A DNA stretch of 55,982 bases, taken from positions 1 through 55,982 of the IMG/VR virus record IMGVR_UViG_3300011442_000011. One strand, given 5' to 3'. Source of the stretch: a virus (taxonomy: Duplodnaviria; Caudoviricetes). The notes under the pieces are model-generated. The model saw nothing but the letters and a program-made list of their open reading frames with translations. It was not told the origin of the DNA and made no database searches. Positions 52,811 through 55,982 of this stretch are shown here, one piece after another (position 1 is the first letter of the stretch; each line of letters starts with the position of its first letter). The translations under genes were made by a program, and so were the position numbers.

Positions 52811-54379
52811 TTAACCCCACGAAATTTCCATTTCAACAACACCACGATGAAGACGCTTCGGTGCTGCTGCGAGCATGAGTGCCTCAGCTCTGTTTGGCGA
52901 AGGAATGGGTTTCCCTCGAGAATCTTTACGTTTGTCGGAGATCTTTATCTTACCATTGCTGAGGCGCTCGTACCGAATTCCACAGAGCTCCGCAGCCAAA
53001 TCCTCATCATATTGATCAATATCAATTAAGCCAGATTCAAAGAGGCTCCGGACATTCCACCAGAGCTCAGCTTTGAGATTAGCAAATCTCTCGTCGGATG
53101 CACTGTCATCCTCAGTAGCACCTTCACCGACGTTGATACCGATAAACGGCTTATTGAGCTCCTGGCCTCGATTAACGATGCCCCATCCAATTCCAATCTT
53201 ATCGACTTTGACGCAGCTTGCGCCAGTCGTTCGCAGATCGTCGATGATTTTCCCGCACTGAGACATTGTATCGGGATCAGTGTCACTCCGGATGATCCGA
53301 TATACGAGACCCTTCCGCTGGCACACGGCTGAATCGTCACCACCCCCGCCAATGTCAGCACCAAGTTCGTTAACAACGATATCTCCATCCTTCTTCGGCT
53401 TCATCGAATCCGATAGATCACGAAGCTGTGCGGCAACTATCCATTGGATCGGGATGAGACCACCCGCTGTGGTCTTCTCAGGAAATACCCCAAGAATCTT
53501 GGAGCACCACATCGCGTTCGTATCGCGAAGTGCCTCTTCCGGAGTTTGATCGTCCGGAGGAATACATTTCGTTCCTTCATCGTTCCACTTCCATCGAGGT
53601 GCCCATTTTCGTCTTTTCTCCTCAACGTAGATCTTGCCGATTAGCTGTCGAGAAACTTCTTGTGGGCAGGCCTCACCAGTAAAATTAGGACTATCAAATG
53701 CAGAAATGCTAACGACTGCCCAACCACTCCCGGGTTTTGACGCTTCGTAGAATTCGCCATTGGGATCATCCGGATTCCCAATCATTACTATCTTTGAGAG
53801 ATCGTTTGCGATTAGTGACTCAGCAGCTTCGTGGATAAGACCTCGAACACCATTAGCTTCGTCAATAAGGACAAGAACGCGGCTCGCATGAATGCCTTGG
53901 AAAGCAGCAGGGTCATAATCATCGGGTTTCCTCCCGAATGCCACCAACTCTTCTTTACCGTTGACTGGCATATACCATTCTGTCTGATTGACGCGACCCG
54001 GGAGCTTGCCCTTCGTGTAAGCCCTCCCAATCTCTCGCCACAGAATGGCTTTGACCTGCTGTGCAGTCGGCGCTGTGGTGACCACAAACGCGGTCCCCGG
54101 CGGAAACGCATCAAGCCACCAAGCAGCGATCCGGCCTGCCAACCAAGACTTCCCAACTTCATGGCACGACTTTACAATTGTACGACGATTGGCTTCAACT
54201 GTTTGTAAAACGAGTCGCTGCTTGCTCCACAGATACTCATGGATCCGTTCCTCGACCCACTGCTCGGGGAGGTCTTGCCAATCCCTCTTCTTGAGCTCAA
54301 GCTCAATTGCAGCGAGCTCTTCGATCGGGTCTGGCTCTTGCGGTTCCTCGTTCGAGGGTTTAACTAACTGAAGGCTCAT
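52811..54379 (-). CDS. terL: terminase large subunit
   Basis: SCHEVGKS Walker A, LIDEA Walker B, IGNP, GADIGGGGDD nuclease, SPNRAEAL. Confidence 0.92.
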   Translation of the reverse strand: MSLQLVKPSNEEPQEPDPIEELAAIELELKKRDWQDLPEQWVEERIHEYLWSKQRLVLQTVEANRRTIVKSCHEVGKSWLAGRIAAWWLDAFPPGTAFVVTTAPTAQQVKAILWREIGRAYTKGKLPGRVNQTEWYMPVNGKEELVAFGRKPDDYDPAAFQGIHASRVLVLIDEANGVRGLIHEAAESLIANDLSKIVMIGNPDDPNGEFYEASKPGSGWAVVSISAFDSPNFTGEACPQEVSRQLIGKIYVEEKRRKWAPRWKWNDEGTKCIPPDDQTPEEALRDTNAMWCSKILGVFPEKTTAGGLIPIQWIVAAQLRDLSDSMKPKKDGDIVVNELGADIGGGGDDSAVCQRKGLVYRIIRSDTDPDTMSQCGKIIDDLRTTGASCVKVDKIGIGWGIVNRGQELNKPFIGINVGEGATEDDSASDERFANLKAELWWNVRSLFESGLIDIDQYDEDLAAELCGIRYERLSNGKIKISDKRKDSRGKPIPSPNRAEALMLAAAPKRLHRGVVEMEISWG

Positions 54380-54686
54380 CAGCGACCAAACTAACTCGAC
54401 GGATACCGGACATAAAGTCTGGCGGATCTACTCCGCCGGTTTGAACAATTTCAAAACTGACTTGCCCCGGTAGCTGTGAGAAGATAGTTCTGGTCGAACG
54501 GCCGCACTCGGCACAGGTATGTTCTTGGGAGAGAACTGCCTGTGTCTCGAGGATCTTGAAAATTGCAAAGTCCGGTGCTGCACAGAATGGACACGGCGCG
54601 TGCATGGTCGTTTCAAGACCAAATCCGCTCATCCGTTGATTCTTGAAGAAGCGGGCGTTATATTCTTGAAATGTCAAAGGGATCAT
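54360..54686 (-). CDS. zinc-ribbon protein
   Basis: CPFC...CAEC. Confidence 0.6.
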   Translation of the reverse strand: MIPLTFQEYNARFFKNQRMSGFGLETTMHAPCPFCAAPDFAIFKILETQAVLSQEHTCAECGRSTRTIFSQLPGQVSFEIVQTGGVDPPDFMSGIRRVSLVADEPSVS

Positions 54687-55054
54687 GACTTTCCAGGTTC
54701 GACCTGAGTGCCTGCCTTATCGACGGGCACCATGAAATATGGTCTCCGATAGAAATAACCAGGATAGCCGAATTTGATCCGTTTTTCGTTGGTGAGCTTG
54801 ACGAGTTCAATCATCTGTTCCTTCGACAGATGCATGTAGTAGAACTTCTGATGAGCGCCGATGTAAGCCTTATAATCTTTATCCGTTGGGATCAGCTCAT
54901 CGCCTTTCTTCACTCGACGCATGAACTCGTCTGGATGGAGGGACCCGCACCACGAACACGTTTTGTCAGCGCGCCATTGATCTGAATCCGGTGCAGTGTG
55001 AACGACTGATAGGGGCAACTCATCTCGTCGTGGGCAAAGAAAGGGCTCTATCAC
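54683..55054 (-). CDS. hypothetical phage protein
   Basis: GGGAGG RBS; CPRR..CSWCGSLHP..TDK.YK.Y..KFY..H. Confidence 0.7.
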   Translation of the reverse strand: MIEPFLCPRRDELPLSVVHTAPDSDQWRADKTCSWCGSLHPDEFMRRVKKGDELIPTDKDYKAYIGAHQKFYYMHLSKEQMIELVKLTNEKRIKFGYPGYFYRRPYFMVPVDKAGTQVEPGKS

Positions 55055-55065
55055 TGGGATCCTCC

Positions 55066-55497
55066 CTAGTTGACGAGTGTAGTCGCGGGCGCTAATTCTT
55101 GTGTCTCCTTTGATGGTGAAACATCCAGAGCGTTATCCATCCCTTTATTCAGCTTAGCGCGAATTCGTTCAGCGAGGAGCAGAGCCCGTTCCGCGAGTTG
55201 CTCGCGACTGAGCTCGGTCAGGTCTAGATTGGTGCTGTTGACATCAACCGTGCTGCGCGGCCCGAAGCCCGATCTATCGAGCACGATCTGAGCGGCCTTC
55301 ACCGCATTGCCATAGTCCGCGTAGATCATCGCATCCTCGAGCGTAGCAAATGCGAGATCCACTTTCTCTTGCAGGGTTCGCTTTCCTGTGGCCAGCGACG
55401 TGCTCGAGAGGACTTCTCGATTACGCGACCGCTTCAGTGGCTCAGCCTTAGGAGCTGATATAGGTGACCCTTTGAACTGATCAAAAACACTCGGCAT
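55066..55497 (-). CDS. terS: probable terminase small subunit
   Basis: first gene of packaging operon; AA..VLDR.G.GP..DL..LS.EQL helical motif. Confidence 0.6.
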   Translation of the reverse strand: MPSVFDQFKGSPISAPKAEPLKRSRNREVLSSTSLATGKRTLQEKVDLAFATLEDAMIYADYGNAVKAAQIVLDRSGFGPRSTVDVNSTNLDLTELSREQLAERALLLAERIRAKLNKGMDNALDVSPSKETQELAPATTLVN

Positions 55498-55522
55498 AAG
55501 TTTGAGGCGAGGGCTTGATTAC

Positions 55523-55551
55523 AGGCTACCATTACTCAACAGCAAATGCAA
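55523..55551 (-). promoter_or_regulatory. putative promoter of packaging operon
   Basis: minus strand TTGCAT-17 bp-TAGCCT with extended -10 TG. Confidence 0.5.
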
Positions 55552-55982
55552 GCGATTTTTTATACGAGTTTGCAGTTTTAAAAAGTTTTAATTGGGACTA
55601 GGCGTCGGATAGTTGTCGCGCGGTGCGGGTCGGATTTGATTGGGAAGGTGGTCTAATGGCGCGGGCGGCGGGTTTAAAAGAGTTTTAAAGGTCGCCCAAA
55701 TCAGGACGGATCACGGGGAGGGACGATCGCGCGTGTGTCCGTTGGATTTGAGGGGGGTACCCCCATCGGTGTCAATTTCACATGGCGCGGATTGATGCGA
55801 TGCTAGGCTGGCATGGCTGAGGAATGACGGAGGCGGGACGTCCGTGGCCTATGCACTGGCACAAGCCACGGACGTGGAAGATGGGATACTATGGTATGGG
55901 CGTAAGCGGACACGGTTCGTATTGCAGGTAGTGATCCTCCTCCCACGTGCGTGTCCCGTCAGGGTGCCAGTATCCCCTCGGC

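Noticed and set aside
1-55982. Stop-codon reassignment
   Set aside because: Core genes are intact and densely packed under the standard code, using TAA, TAG and TGA as stops

Overview
This window is most or all of a ~56 kb tailed dsDNA phage genome with siphovirus-type gene content. Family calls come from motif recognition by eye; no database search was run. The + strand (1-28.25 kb) carries early, replication and nucleotide-metabolism genes: a family A DNA polymerase, SNF2 and UvrD helicases, a DnaQ exonuclease, a PD-(D/E)xK nuclease, a putative SSB and an ATP-dependent ligase. Six near-identical sigma70-type promoters on this arm each contain a GTTT(A/T)AAAC dyad in the spacer. The - strand (55.5-28.35 kb) carries terminases, portal, a ~5 kb block of extra genes, scaffold, P22-type coat, neck, two paralogous tail-tube genes, a frameshifting tail chaperone, tape measure, tail tip/fibre genes and a lysis-like cassette. 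I recognised no integrase, primase or classical endolysin. The best candidates for new biology are three. (1) A compact thymidine-hypermodification locus (7.2-13.8 kb) combines a dUMP-hydroxymethylase-like TS, an aGPT-Pplase clade-1 protein, two JGT/TAGT-like glycosyltransferases and an APH-kinase + nucleotidyltransferase pair, suggesting an undescribed glycosylated base built from a phage-made donor. (2) The polymerase has altered steric-gate/O-helix residues and a degenerate proofreading site. (3) A cluster of highly structured non-coding segments (22.6-25.1 kb) ends in a non-canonical CCA-terminated tRNA-like element.
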